Source of the DNA: Actinomycetes bacterium
Lineage (GTDB): Bacteria; Actinomycetota; CALGFH01
Direction: 5' to 3'
DNA: 64,000 nucleotides
Assembly: GCA_036003705.1 (NCBI GenBank)
Contig: DASYSE010000121.1
Location: 530 to 64,529, forward strand
The notes under the pieces are model-generated. The model saw only the letters and a program-made list of their open reading frames with translations. It was not told the origin of the DNA and made no database searches. Both the position numbers and the translations under genes were made by a program. Positions within the stretch are counted from its first letter, which is position 1. Every line of letters starts with the position of its first letter. Positions 36,264 through 44,539 of the stretch are shown here, piece by piece.

Positions 36264-37610
36264 TCAGCCGTCCCTCCGTTGCACCGACTCGGGATCCCCG
36301 GCAATCAGGAGGTCTGGCCCCGCCTGATGGACCGTGCGGTTCACCAGGTGCAGCCCGTCGGCCACCGAGCTGGTCCCAAGGTCGCCGACGGCCTCGATGC
36401 CCTTGCCGAGCAGAACGGGCGCCACGGCGATCACCACCCGGTCCAGCAGCCGTTCCCGTAGCAGCGAGGTGATGACGCGCGCCCCCCCTTCGACCAGCAA
36501 CGACCGCACCCCCGAAGCTCGCAGCCGGCCCAGGCCGTCGTGCAGGTCGATCCCGTCCGGGCCCTCCCGGACCACCTCGACCGTCACCCCACCTTCCCGC
36601 ATGGCTGCCCGCCGGTCGGGGTGGGAGCGCCCGGTGGTCAGGACGATCGTGGCCGCGTCGGCGCCGAAGACCTGGGCGGTGGCTGGGAGCCGTAAGGTGG
36701 AATCGAGGATCACCCGGATCGGGGAGGCGCCGGGGACCATGCGCACCGTGAGCAGGGGATCATCGGCCAGCACGGTGCCCGCGCCGACCGCCACCGAGTC
36801 GCAGGCCGCCCGCAGCGCATGGGAGATGCGGCGCTCCCTGGGGCCACTGATCCATTTCGCCTCTCCGCTGCTGGTGGCGATCCGGCCGTCCAGCGTCTGG
36901 GCGTACTTGAGCACGACGTAGGGGCGGTCGGTGCGGGGGTGGACGTCGCCGAGGAGCGCGGTGGCGTCCAGGGCCTTGTCTTGACCGTCCAGACCGTCGT
37001 CTGCCGCCAGGGGTTCCCCGCCCGGCCTGCGGTGGCCGAGCCGTTCACGTTTGGTTTCCACGTAGCCGCGGTTCCGCAGGTGGGGTGCGGTCTGGATCGG
37101 CACGAGGTCCTCGACCAGGATGCCCGCCCGGTCCAGCGCACCGGCCTTGTCAGGGTTGTTGCTGAGCAGGCGGACGCTCCGGACGCCATTGGCGACCAGG
37201 ACCTGGGCGGCCTCCCGGTAGTCCCGGCTGTCCACCGGCAGCCCCAGCCGGAGGTTGGCCTGAACGGTGTCGTCGCCCTGGTCCTGCAAGATGTAGGCCC
37301 GAAGCTTCTCGACCAGCCCCACCCCCCGCCCCTCATGGCCGGGGACATACAGCAGCAGCCCTCGACCTTCGGCGGCGATCAGCCGCATGGCCAGCCGGAG
37401 CTGTGGTCCGCAGTCGCAACGGAGCGACCCCAGGGCGTCGCCCGTGAGGCAGCCCGAGTGCAGGCGCACCAGGACACCGCGGCCATCTCCAATGTCCCCA
37501 CGGGCGAAGAGGAGATACAGGTTCCCCGATGCCCCCTGGAAGGCGCGAAGATCGAACTCCCCGGCCCAGGTGGGCAAGGGGAGGTGGGCAACCTCCTGGG
37601 GCGGGAGCAT
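36264..37610 (-). CDS. GTP cyclohydrolase II fused to a RibD-type C-terminal reductase domain
   Basis: ATG 37610. RibA motifs VRLHSGCLTGDALGSLRCDCGPQL, GRGVGL. Then YVVLKYAQTLDGRIATSSGEAKWISG..AVGAGTVLADDPLLTVR. No deaminase (CMP/dCMP zinc) motif. Confidence 0.85.
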   Translation of the reverse strand: MLPPQEVAHLPLPTWAGEFDLRAFQGASGNLYLLFARGDIGDGRGVLVRLHSGCLTGDALGSLRCDCGPQLRLAMRLIAAEGRGLLLYVPGHEGRGVGLVEKLRAYILQDQGDDTVQANLRLGLPVDSRDYREAAQVLVANGVRSVRLLSNNPDKAGALDRAGILVEDLVPIQTAPHLRNRGYVETKRERLGHRRPGGEPLAADDGLDGQDKALDATALLGDVHPRTDRPYVVLKYAQTLDGRIATSSGEAKWISGPRERRISHALRAACDSVAVGAGTVLADDPLLTVRMVPGASPIRVILDSTLRLPATAQVFGADAATIVLTTGRSHPDRRAAMREGGVTVEVVREGPDGIDLHDGLGRLRASGVRSLLVEGGARVITSLLRERLLDRVVIAVAPVLLGKGIEAVGDLGTSSVADGLHLVNRTVHQAGPDLLIAGDPESVQRRDG

Positions 37611-37727
37611 CCTGCTAGCTATCACCTGCCTGTCGGCAGCTAAACGTTTTGTCCGGGAACGGCTCGGGTAGCAGGTTCTCATGCGCCAGCGACCATCGGT
37701 GGACGGTCGGCCCCTGATGGCTGGGCG

Positions 37728-38729
37728 GTGGCCCCGGTGAAGGCCCGTGCGGTCCACTTCGTGGCGCCTCGACGGGTCGAAGTGCGGGAGGTCGACCTCC
37801 CGACGCCGGCCGAGGGAAGTGTCCTCGTGGCCACCGAGTGGTCCGGGATCTCGAGCGGTACCGAGCTGCTCGCCTACCGGGGCGAGATCGACCCCGACCT
37901 CCCCCTGGACGAGACCCTCGGCTCCCTGGCCGGCACGTTCACCTATCCGTTCCGCTACGGGTACAGCGCGGTCGGCCGGGTGGTCCAGCCCGCCGGGTCC
38001 TTCACCGAGGGCCAGCTGGTCTTCGCCCTCCACCCCCACCAGGACCGGTTCGTCGTTGCCGCCGGGGAGGCCGTGCTGGTCGACGGTCTGGATCCTCGCG
38101 CCGCCACCCTCTATCCCTTGGTCGAGACTGCCCTCCAGGTCTGCCTGGATGCCCGCCCCCGCCTGGGAGAGGTCGCCGTGGTGGTGGGCCTGGGGACGGT
38201 CGGCATCCTGGTCGCCGTGCTGCTGGCCCGGGCCGGCGCGGTCGTCCTCGGATCCGAACCGTTGCCCGCCCGGCGGGCCGCCGCCGACACCTGCGGGGTA
38301 CGGGCCCTGGCCCCTGACGAGGTCGCCGACGCCGTGGCGGAAGGAACCAGAGGGCGGGGAGCCGACCTGGTGGTCGAGGCCAGCGGGAACCCCCGGGGCC
38401 TCGCCGAATCCCTGGGGCTGCTGGCCCACGAGGGAACCGCGCTGGTCTGCTCCTGGTACGGCACCAGGCCGGCCGCCCTCCCCCTTGGCGCGGCGTTCCA
38501 CCGCCGGCGGCTGGCCATCCGCAGCACCCAGGTCTCCACCCTCCCGGCGGCCCTCACCTCCAGATGGGACCGCGGTCGCCGGGCCGAGGTGGCATGGCGC
38601 CTCGCCCGCGAGCTGCCCCTCGGCGTCCTCTGCACCCACGAGTTCCCGTTCGAGCGGGCCGCCGCGGCCTACGCCCACGCCGACCGGAAGGACGATGGCC
38701 TGATCCACGCCGCGCTGCGGTACCGGTGA
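37728..38729 (+). CDS. medium-chain (zinc-type) dehydrogenase/reductase family protein
   Basis: GTG start. Motifs SGISSGTELLAYRG, VVVGLGTVGILVAVLLARAG. 333 aa. Confidence 0.8.
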   Translation: MAPVKARAVHFVAPRRVEVREVDLPTPAEGSVLVATEWSGISSGTELLAYRGEIDPDLPLDETLGSLAGTFTYPFRYGYSAVGRVVQPAGSFTEGQLVFALHPHQDRFVVAAGEAVLVDGLDPRAATLYPLVETALQVCLDARPRLGEVAVVVGLGTVGILVAVLLARAGAVVLGSEPLPARRAAADTCGVRALAPDEVADAVAEGTRGRGADLVVEASGNPRGLAESLGLLAHEGTALVCSWYGTRPAALPLGAAFHRRRLAIRSTQVSTLPAALTSRWDRGRRAEVAWRLARELPLGVLCTHEFPFERAAAAYAHADRKDDGLIHAALRYR

Positions 38730-38761
38730 GGATGCCGGGCAGTCTCACGAGGAGGACCGGG

Positions 38762-39145
38762 ATGACCGTCGGCTACCAGGTGGGGTCCAGCGTCACCGTC
38801 CGGGCCCTGCATCGGCTGCCCGTCCCGGGGCCGGAGGGAGAGCTCCACTCCCACGACTACCGGATCGACGTCGAGGTCGGCCGACGCGAGCTGGACGAGC
38901 ACGCCATGGTCTGCGACCTCGACGTGCTCCGGTCCACCATGCAGGCGATGGCCGCGCGGATCGAAGGCAAGGACCTGGAGGAGATCCGCCCGCCCCAGGC
39001 CGAGGCCGTGACCGTGGAGATCCTGGCCCGGTGGGCGCACCAGCGCCTGATCCCGGCGCTCCGGCAGGCCGGAGCCGACAGGCTGGCGGTTCGGGTGTGG
39101 GAATCCGCCTCGGAGTTCGGCGGCTACGCCGGTCCGGTGGCGTGA
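38762..39145 (+). CDS. 6-pyruvoyl-tetrahydropterin synthase / QueD-like family protein
   Basis: ATG 38762 after GAGGAGGA. 127 aa. ELHSHDYRIDVEV (H-x-H zinc motif) and ..CDLDVL... Confidence 0.7.
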   Translation: MTVGYQVGSSVTVRALHRLPVPGPEGELHSHDYRIDVEVGRRELDEHAMVCDLDVLRSTMQAMAARIEGKDLEEIRPPQAEAVTVEILARWAHQRLIPALRQAGADRLAVRVWESASEFGGYAGPVA

Positions 39146-40206
39146 TCGGCCGCGGCGACCTCACGCAGCGCTCCGAAGAACAGCTTCGCCGACTGCGCCC
39201 AGGTCGGCCGGCCGGCAGCCCTGCGCGCCGCCGCCGCGGCCAGTCTCCGCCGCAGACCGTCGTCCTCGGACAGCCGGCCGAGGGCGTGGCTCAACCCGGC
39301 CAGGTCACCCGGAGTGGCCAGCAGCCCCTCTCGACCGTCCTCGGCCAGGTGGGGCAGGTTGCCGGCCGACCAGCCGACCACCGGCAGACCGGCGGCCATC
39401 GCCTCACCCCAGACCGTCCCGAAGGGCTCCCGCAGGCTGGGCAGGGCGAACACGTCAGCCTCCCGGTACAGCACCGCCACCTGCTCTGCCGGCACGGGAC
39501 CGTGGACCACCACCCGGCCGGTCAGGTCGGGCCGCGACAGCCGGGCCCGGACGCGCGCGCTGTACCGGCGATCGGCCTGGTCGTCGCCGACCAGGTGCAG
39601 CGTGGCCAGCCGCTCGGGGAGCCGGGCCACGGCGTCCAGCAGATCCAGGATGCCCTTGCGCTCGACCCAGTTGGCCACGCACAGCAGCCCGGCCTGGCGT
39701 CCCCGGCGAAGGTCGACGGCGGCGTGCTCGGAGGAGACCGGCAGGTCGCGGCCGGGAGGCACCACCCGGACCCGCTCCGGCGGGTACCCCTGGGCGACCA
39801 GCTCGTCGCCGAGGGCCTGGCTGGCCACAAGGAGCAGGCGGGCCCGGCGGTACGCCCACCGGTCCAGCGGCATCTGGAGCCCTCGGCGCACCGGCCCGTG
39901 GTCGATGCCGCCCGGAGGCTGGTGCAGACTGCCGACCGTTGGCGTCCTTGGTCGCCGCGGCAGCCACGGCCCGAGGAAGGCAGCGGCGATGCTGTCGAGG
40001 ACGACGACATCGGCCCTGGCCCGCCGTCGTACGGCGGGGCCGGCCAGCATGGACAGGGGGAAGGGGAGGTCGGGGAACGAAACGAAGTCGACGGTGGCGC
40101 CACACGCCGGAGCCAGCTCCGCCATGCGGCGATGGTAGCGATAGCCGCCGGTCAGGCGGCCCGGGTCACCGAGGGTGACCAGGGAGACCGAGAGGATGCG
40201 GGTCAT
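39124..40206 (-). CDS. GT4-family (group 1) glycosyltransferase A
   Basis: ATG 40206 (MTRILSVSLVTLG) after GGAG. ..LPSLREPFGTVWGEAMAAGLPVVG... Its 3' end overlaps the PTPS-like gene by 22 nt. Confidence 0.8.
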   Translation of the reverse strand: MTRILSVSLVTLGDPGRLTGGYRYHRRMAELAPACGATVDFVSFPDLPFPLSMLAGPAVRRRARADVVVLDSIAAAFLGPWLPRRPRTPTVGSLHQPPGGIDHGPVRRGLQMPLDRWAYRRARLLLVASQALGDELVAQGYPPERVRVVPPGRDLPVSSEHAAVDLRRGRQAGLLCVANWVERKGILDLLDAVARLPERLATLHLVGDDQADRRYSARVRARLSRPDLTGRVVVHGPVPAEQVAVLYREADVFALPSLREPFGTVWGEAMAAGLPVVGWSAGNLPHLAEDGREGLLATPGDLAGLSHALGRLSEDDGLRRRLAAAAARRAAGRPTWAQSAKLFFGALREVAAADHATGPA

Positions 40207-41281
40207 CCATGTGGCTCCGAGCATGTTCGGGCCCGAAGGGCTGTACGGCGGTGGCGAACGCTACCCTCTGGAGCTGTCCCGGGCCCTGGCCACCGAGGTG
40301 GACTGCGAGCTGGTGACCTTCGGCGCCCGGCCCGGCCGGTGGCGGGAGCGCGCAGGCCTCGAGATCCGGGTCCTTCGGCCGCTGGTCCGGCTGCACCGCC
40401 ACCCCGCCCAGCCGGTGACCCCGCTGCTGCCCGCGGCGCTGGCCGGCGCCGAGATCGTCCACGCACATCATTTCCGGAGCGTACCCACTCGCATGGCGGC
40501 GGTGACAGCCCGCCTCCGGGGAGCGGCCACCGCGGTGACCGACCACGGCCTGCCCGGCCGGACGTGGGGTGGACTCGTCCACCGGCTGTTCGACCGCTTC
40601 CTGACCGTGTCGCGGTTCTCCGCCGAGCTGCTGGGTGCCCCCGAGGCGAGGACGCGAGTGATCTACGGCGGCGCCGACCCGCGGCGCTTCTCCCCTGCGC
40701 GCGATGCCGACCGCCACGGCGTCCTGTTCGTCGGGCGGCTGACTCCCCACAAGGGGATCGACCGTCTGATCCGCGCCCTGCCCGCCGGTGCGGCCCTGCG
40801 GATCGCCGGCGGCGGCGGCCACGACCCCCATCCACCCGAGCGGGACTACCCGGACCTGCTCCGCCGGCTGGCCCGCGACCGGGACGTGGCCTTCCTCGGA
40901 CCGGTACCCGACCCCGCCCTGCCTGGCCTGTACCGCCGGGCCGCCGTCCTGGCCCTGCCATCGGTCGACCGCACCTGCTACGGCCGGCATGTCCCCGTCT
41001 CCGAGCTGCTCGGTCTCACCGCGCTGGAGGCCATGTCCAGCGGGACCCCGGTGATCGCCAGCCGGATCGGGGGCCTGGCCGAGGTGGTGGTGGACGGGGA
41101 GACCGGGTTCCTGGTGGAGCCAGGCGACGTGGCCGCGCTCGAGGACCGCCTCGCGCTGGTCCTGTCCGACCGCCGCCTGGCCGCCCGGCTGGGCGCCAAC
41201 GCCCGTGATCTGGTCCTGGAACGGTTCACCTGGCGGGCCTGCGCGGAGCGGTGTCTCGCCGCCTATGAATCGCTGAGGTGA
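40196..41281 (+). CDS. GT4-family (group 1) glycosyltransferase B
   Basis: ATG 40196 (MRVIHVAPSMFG). ..ELLGLTALEAMSSGTPVIASRIGGLAEVVVDGETGFLV... Confidence 0.8.
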   Translation: MRVIHVAPSMFGPEGLYGGGERYPLELSRALATEVDCELVTFGARPGRWRERAGLEIRVLRPLVRLHRHPAQPVTPLLPAALAGAEIVHAHHFRSVPTRMAAVTARLRGAATAVTDHGLPGRTWGGLVHRLFDRFLTVSRFSAELLGAPEARTRVIYGGADPRRFSPARDADRHGVLFVGRLTPHKGIDRLIRALPAGAALRIAGGGGHDPHPPERDYPDLLRRLARDRDVAFLGPVPDPALPGLYRRAAVLALPSVDRTCYGRHVPVSELLGLTALEAMSSGTPVIASRIGGLAEVVVDGETGFLVEPGDVAALEDRLALVLSDRRLAARLGANARDLVLERFTWRACAERCLAAYESLR

Positions 41282-41284
41282 GCG

Positions 41285-41974
41285 CTAGATCGAGCTGGGA
41301 TCGGCGGCGGCCAGCGCGGCGGTGAGCGTGTCGACCACCGGCACGCCGGTGGCCTCCAGGGCGTGGCGGTGGTGCGAGCCCCCGTCGTACAGGACGCAGC
41401 GGGCGCCGACCGCCCGCGCCGCCGCCAGGTCGTCCAGGGAGTCGCCGACCAGCACCACCGTCTGAGGTGCAAGCTCCAGCGCGGCCAGGTGCGCGACCAG
41501 GTGCTCGGCCTTGCCGCCGCCTCCAGGCCGACGTAACCCGTCCACGCGGACGAAGAAATGGTCGATCCCCAGCCGCTCGACCAACGCAACCAGGTCCTGG
41601 TGCCGCCACATCGACAGCAGCGACTGGGGCAGGCCGGCCGCCTCGGCGGCCGCCAACGCCGCCCGCGCGTCGGATGCCAGCGCCAGCCGCTCCAGCCGGG
41701 CCTGGTAGCCGTCGTGGTAGGCCTCGTCGAGGGCCTGCCATTCGTCGGCTGAGACGGCCCGGCCGACCACCTGCTCGTAGAACCGCTGGACCGGACGAGT
41801 GAAGTGGCTGCGGTAACGGTCGGCGTCGATCGGGGGAACGCCCAGCAGCGACAACGCGTCGTTGACCGCCGCCACCACCGCGACCTGGTCGTCGAACAAG
41901 GTGCCGTTCCAGTCCCACACCAGGTGGCGGGTGCCGCTGTCGGTATGGCGGGGGGCGCCGTCCATGTGCGCCAT
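41285..41974 (-). CDS. HAD-IA phosphatase (phosphoglycolate phosphatase-like)
   Basis: Track ORF of 229 aa. Motif I VWDWNGTLFDD; ..VLVGDSLDDLAAARAVGA... Confidence 0.8.
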   Translation of the reverse strand: MAHMDGAPRHTDSGTRHLVWDWNGTLFDDQVAVVAAVNDALSLLGVPPIDADRYRSHFTRPVQRFYEQVVGRAVSADEWQALDEAYHDGYQARLERLALASDARAALAAAEAAGLPQSLLSMWRHQDLVALVERLGIDHFFVRVDGLRRPGGGGKAEHLVAHLAALELAPQTVVLVGDSLDDLAAARAVGARCVLYDGGSHHRHALEATGVPVVDTLTAALAAADPSSI

Positions 41975-42102
41975 GCAGGGCAGTGTAGGCCCAAGGAGAG
42001 GATCAGCCGTCGAGGGTGGCCCGCACCAGGTCGCGGAACTCCTCTACGGCTTCGGGCGGCCTCGGGCGGGACCGGCCGGAGGCCTGGCCGACCAAGGGTG
42101 TC

Positions 42103-42504
42103 TCACCAGTCGGTCTTCGCACCGGGGATGGCGGCCACCCCGGCCTTCGCCACCTCCAGGTCCTCTTCGCCGGAACCGGAACTCACTCCCACCGCTCCCA
42201 GGACCTGGCCGCCGACGATGATGGGCAGTCCGCCCTCGAGATTGGTGAGGCGTCCCCCGGTGACGAGGGCGAGTTTCAGATCGTGCCCCGGTTCCACACC
42301 GCCGGTCGCGGACCGACGATCGGCGGCGGTGAGCGCCTTGCGCTGTGCGGTCTGGATGGAGAGGAACTTCGCGCCATCCATCCGGACGAACGCGAGCAGT
42401 CTCCCTCTGTCGTCGACGACGGCGACGCACTGCGGAGTGCCCATTGCCGCTGCGCGCTCCACCGCGGCCTGAAGGACGTGCAGCGCCCCTTCATGGGTGA
42501 GCAT
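42103..42504 (-). CDS. GlcG/HbpS-like (DUF336) protein
   Basis: Track ORF of 133 aa. Motifs AVVDDRGRLLAFVRMDGA, ..GGLPIIVGGQVLGAVGVSSGSGEED... Confidence 0.7.
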   Translation of the reverse strand: MLTHEGALHVLQAAVERAAAMGTPQCVAVVDDRGRLLAFVRMDGAKFLSIQTAQRKALTAADRRSATGGVEPGHDLKLALVTGGRLTNLEGGLPIIVGGQVLGAVGVSSGSGEEDLEVAKAGVAAIPGAKTDW

Positions 42505-42656
42505 CAGACGCGTGGCGGTGTCGGCGATGGTGCCCTCCGGAACCGACGAATGGCTCGATCCACCATTGACAATCCCTCATACCTTAGCACGTTACTGAGC
42601 CGCGCCCCGTGACGTCCGGCTCGGCGCCGGGTCGAGGAAGGAAGGCTCAGGCGGGG

Positions 42657-43541
42657 TCAGCCGGAGATCCCGGTGAGGGTCTGGGAGACCGAGCGGGGGT
42701 CGCGGAGGCTCCAGCGGCCGGCTTCCACGGTGGCGAGGAAGTCGGCCACCAGCCGGTTGAACAACTCCGGCTCCTCGAGATTCGAGGTGTGCCCGGTCTT
42801 CGGCAGAACCACCAGCCCCGCTGACGGGATGGTCCGCTTCAGCATGAGGTTCGTCTCGAGACAGCCGGCATCCTCGTCACCGACCATCAGCAGGGTGGGA
42901 ATCCCCAGGGCCCGGAGGTCGTCAGCCAGGTCGTAGAGCGAGGGGCGCTCCCGCTGGACTCCGCGCATCGTAAGCGCCGACCCCACGGAGGAGTGCTCGG
43001 ACAGCATGCGCACGAACTCCTCCCACCCCCGGCGATCCTTGTTCTGGAACTGGACCCGGGCCGGGCCGGCCCCGTAGGTCGGAGCGATTGCCGCCGCTCC
43101 CTGGTTCTGGAACGCCTCCGCGATCGCCTGGCTCTCCGCTCGGAACGACGCTCGAGCGTCGGGAGGCGCTCCATAGCCGCATCCGGCCACCACCAGCGAC
43201 GCTGCCCGATCCGGGTGGCGCAGTCCGAGGTGCAGCGTGCAGAACGCTCCCATCGACAGGCCCACGATATGCGCTCGCTCGATCCCGAGGTGGTCCAGCA
43301 CCGCCAGCGCGTCGGCGACGGCAAGATCCTGAGAGTAGGCGGCAGGGTCCGTTGGCACGTCGGAGGGCGGATAGCCTCGAGCCGCGTAGGTCACACACCG
43401 ATGCCGGCGAGCAAGGCATCGGATCTGGGGTTCCCAGCTCCGATGATCCCCGGCGAACTCATGGATGAACAGGATCGGGGTTCCTCCCCCGGCCTCTTCG
43501 TAGTACAGACCAACTCCACCTTCCGACGACGCGACCCCCAT
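42657..43541 (-). CDS. alpha/beta-fold hydrolase
   Basis: Track ORF of 294 aa. Motifs ILFIHEFAGDHRSW; nucleophile elbow VGLSMGA; C-terminal ..TGHTSNLEEP... Confidence 0.85.
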   Translation of the reverse strand: MGVASSEGGVGLYYEEAGGGTPILFIHEFAGDHRSWEPQIRCLARRHRCVTYAARGYPPSDVPTDPAAYSQDLAVADALAVLDHLGIERAHIVGLSMGAFCTLHLGLRHPDRAASLVVAGCGYGAPPDARASFRAESQAIAEAFQNQGAAAIAPTYGAGPARVQFQNKDRRGWEEFVRMLSEHSSVGSALTMRGVQRERPSLYDLADDLRALGIPTLLMVGDEDAGCLETNLMLKRTIPSAGLVVLPKTGHTSNLEEPELFNRLVADFLATVEAGRWSLRDPRSVSQTLTGISG

Positions 43542-43708
43542 CGGTTCACCTCATCTTTCGGTCGGCTGTCGCGAGGGCCTGCTGCAGCCCGTGTCCAGGC
43601 CGCCAGCGCCGAGCATGACCTCGGCGCACATCGCGGACCAACGCCACCCGCCATCCGGTCCCCGCTGGCTTGACTGATCGATCCCGGCTCAGGTACTTTT
43701 TGAGGTCT

Positions 43709-43723
43709 TAAGATAGTATCTTA
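43709..43723. promoter_or_regulatory. 15-bp palindrome TAAGATA-G-TATCTTA in an AT-rich promoter island
   Basis: 7-bp arms are perfect reverse complements. It overlaps the -10-like TAGTAT (43714-43719). It lies 11 nt upstream of GTG 43734, which has no SD. Confidence 0.4.
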
Positions 43724-43733
43724 GAACTCGACG

Positions 43734-44537
43734 GTGAGCGCCCGGGAAAGGGAGCACCCGGTGGAGGGAGCGGTCGAGGTCCGCGGCGTGAGCAAGTCGT
43801 TCCCGCGCCACCGGGGCGGCGAGCTCCGAGTTCTGAACGATGTCTCCTTCTCCCTCGACGCCGGGACCTTCATCTGCCTGGTCGGCCCCAGCGGCTGCGG
43901 GAAGTCGACCCTCCTGCGGATCATCGATGGGCTGATCCCGCCCGACTCCGGCGAGGTGCTCATCGGCGGCCAGAGGGTCCGTGCGCCCTCGCTGGACCGT
44001 GGATTCGTGTTCCAGCAGTTCAACCTCCTGCCATGGCGCACCGTGCTCGGGAACGTGGAGTTCGGGCTGGAGAACCTGGGGGTGAGGAAGCAGGAACGGC
44101 GGCGGCGCGCGCGCGAGGTCATCAAGCTCGTGGACCTCGAGGGGTTCGAGACCTACTACCCCAGTCAGCTGTCCGGGGGGATGCAGCAACGTGTCGGCCT
44201 GGCCAGGGCGATCGCCGTGGAGCCGGCGATCCTGTTGATGGACGAGCCGTTCGGCTCGGTGGATGACCAGACCCGGATGCTCCTCCAGGACGAGCTCCTC
44301 AAGATCTGGGAGCAGGCCCAGAAGACCGTCATCTTTGTCACCCACGACATCGAGGAGGCGCTCTACCTGGGGGACAAGATCGTGGTCATGTGCGCCCGAC
44401 CGTCGCGCATCAACCGGATCCTGGAGGTCCCGTTCGGACGACCTCGAACCGACGAGATCCGAGGGGCCCCGGAGATGGGCCATCTCAAGCAGGAGATCTG
44501 GGAGGAACTGAAGTCCGGGGCCACGGTGGAGGGGTGA
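43734..44537 (+). CDS. ABC transporter ATP-binding protein (NitT/TauT family)
   Basis: Walker A GPSGCGKST, signature LSGGMQQRVGLARA, Walker B LLMDEPFG. Confidence 0.9.
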   Translation: MSAREREHPVEGAVEVRGVSKSFPRHRGGELRVLNDVSFSLDAGTFICLVGPSGCGKSTLLRIIDGLIPPDSGEVLIGGQRVRAPSLDRGFVFQQFNLLPWRTVLGNVEFGLENLGVRKQERRRRAREVIKLVDLEGFETYYPSQLSGGMQQRVGLARAIAVEPAILLMDEPFGSVDDQTRMLLQDELLKIWEQAQKTVIFVTHDIEEALYLGDKIVVMCARPSRINRILEVPFGRPRTDEIRGAPEMGHLKQEIWEELKSGATVEG

Positions 44538-44539
44538 GG

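Noticed and set aside
37611-37727. An FMN riboswitch was expected upstream of the cyclohydrolase II fusion gene.
   Set aside because: The 117-bp divergent spacer shows none of the conserved RFN cores that I can recognise. There is only a small CTGCC-TGTC-GGCAG hairpin.
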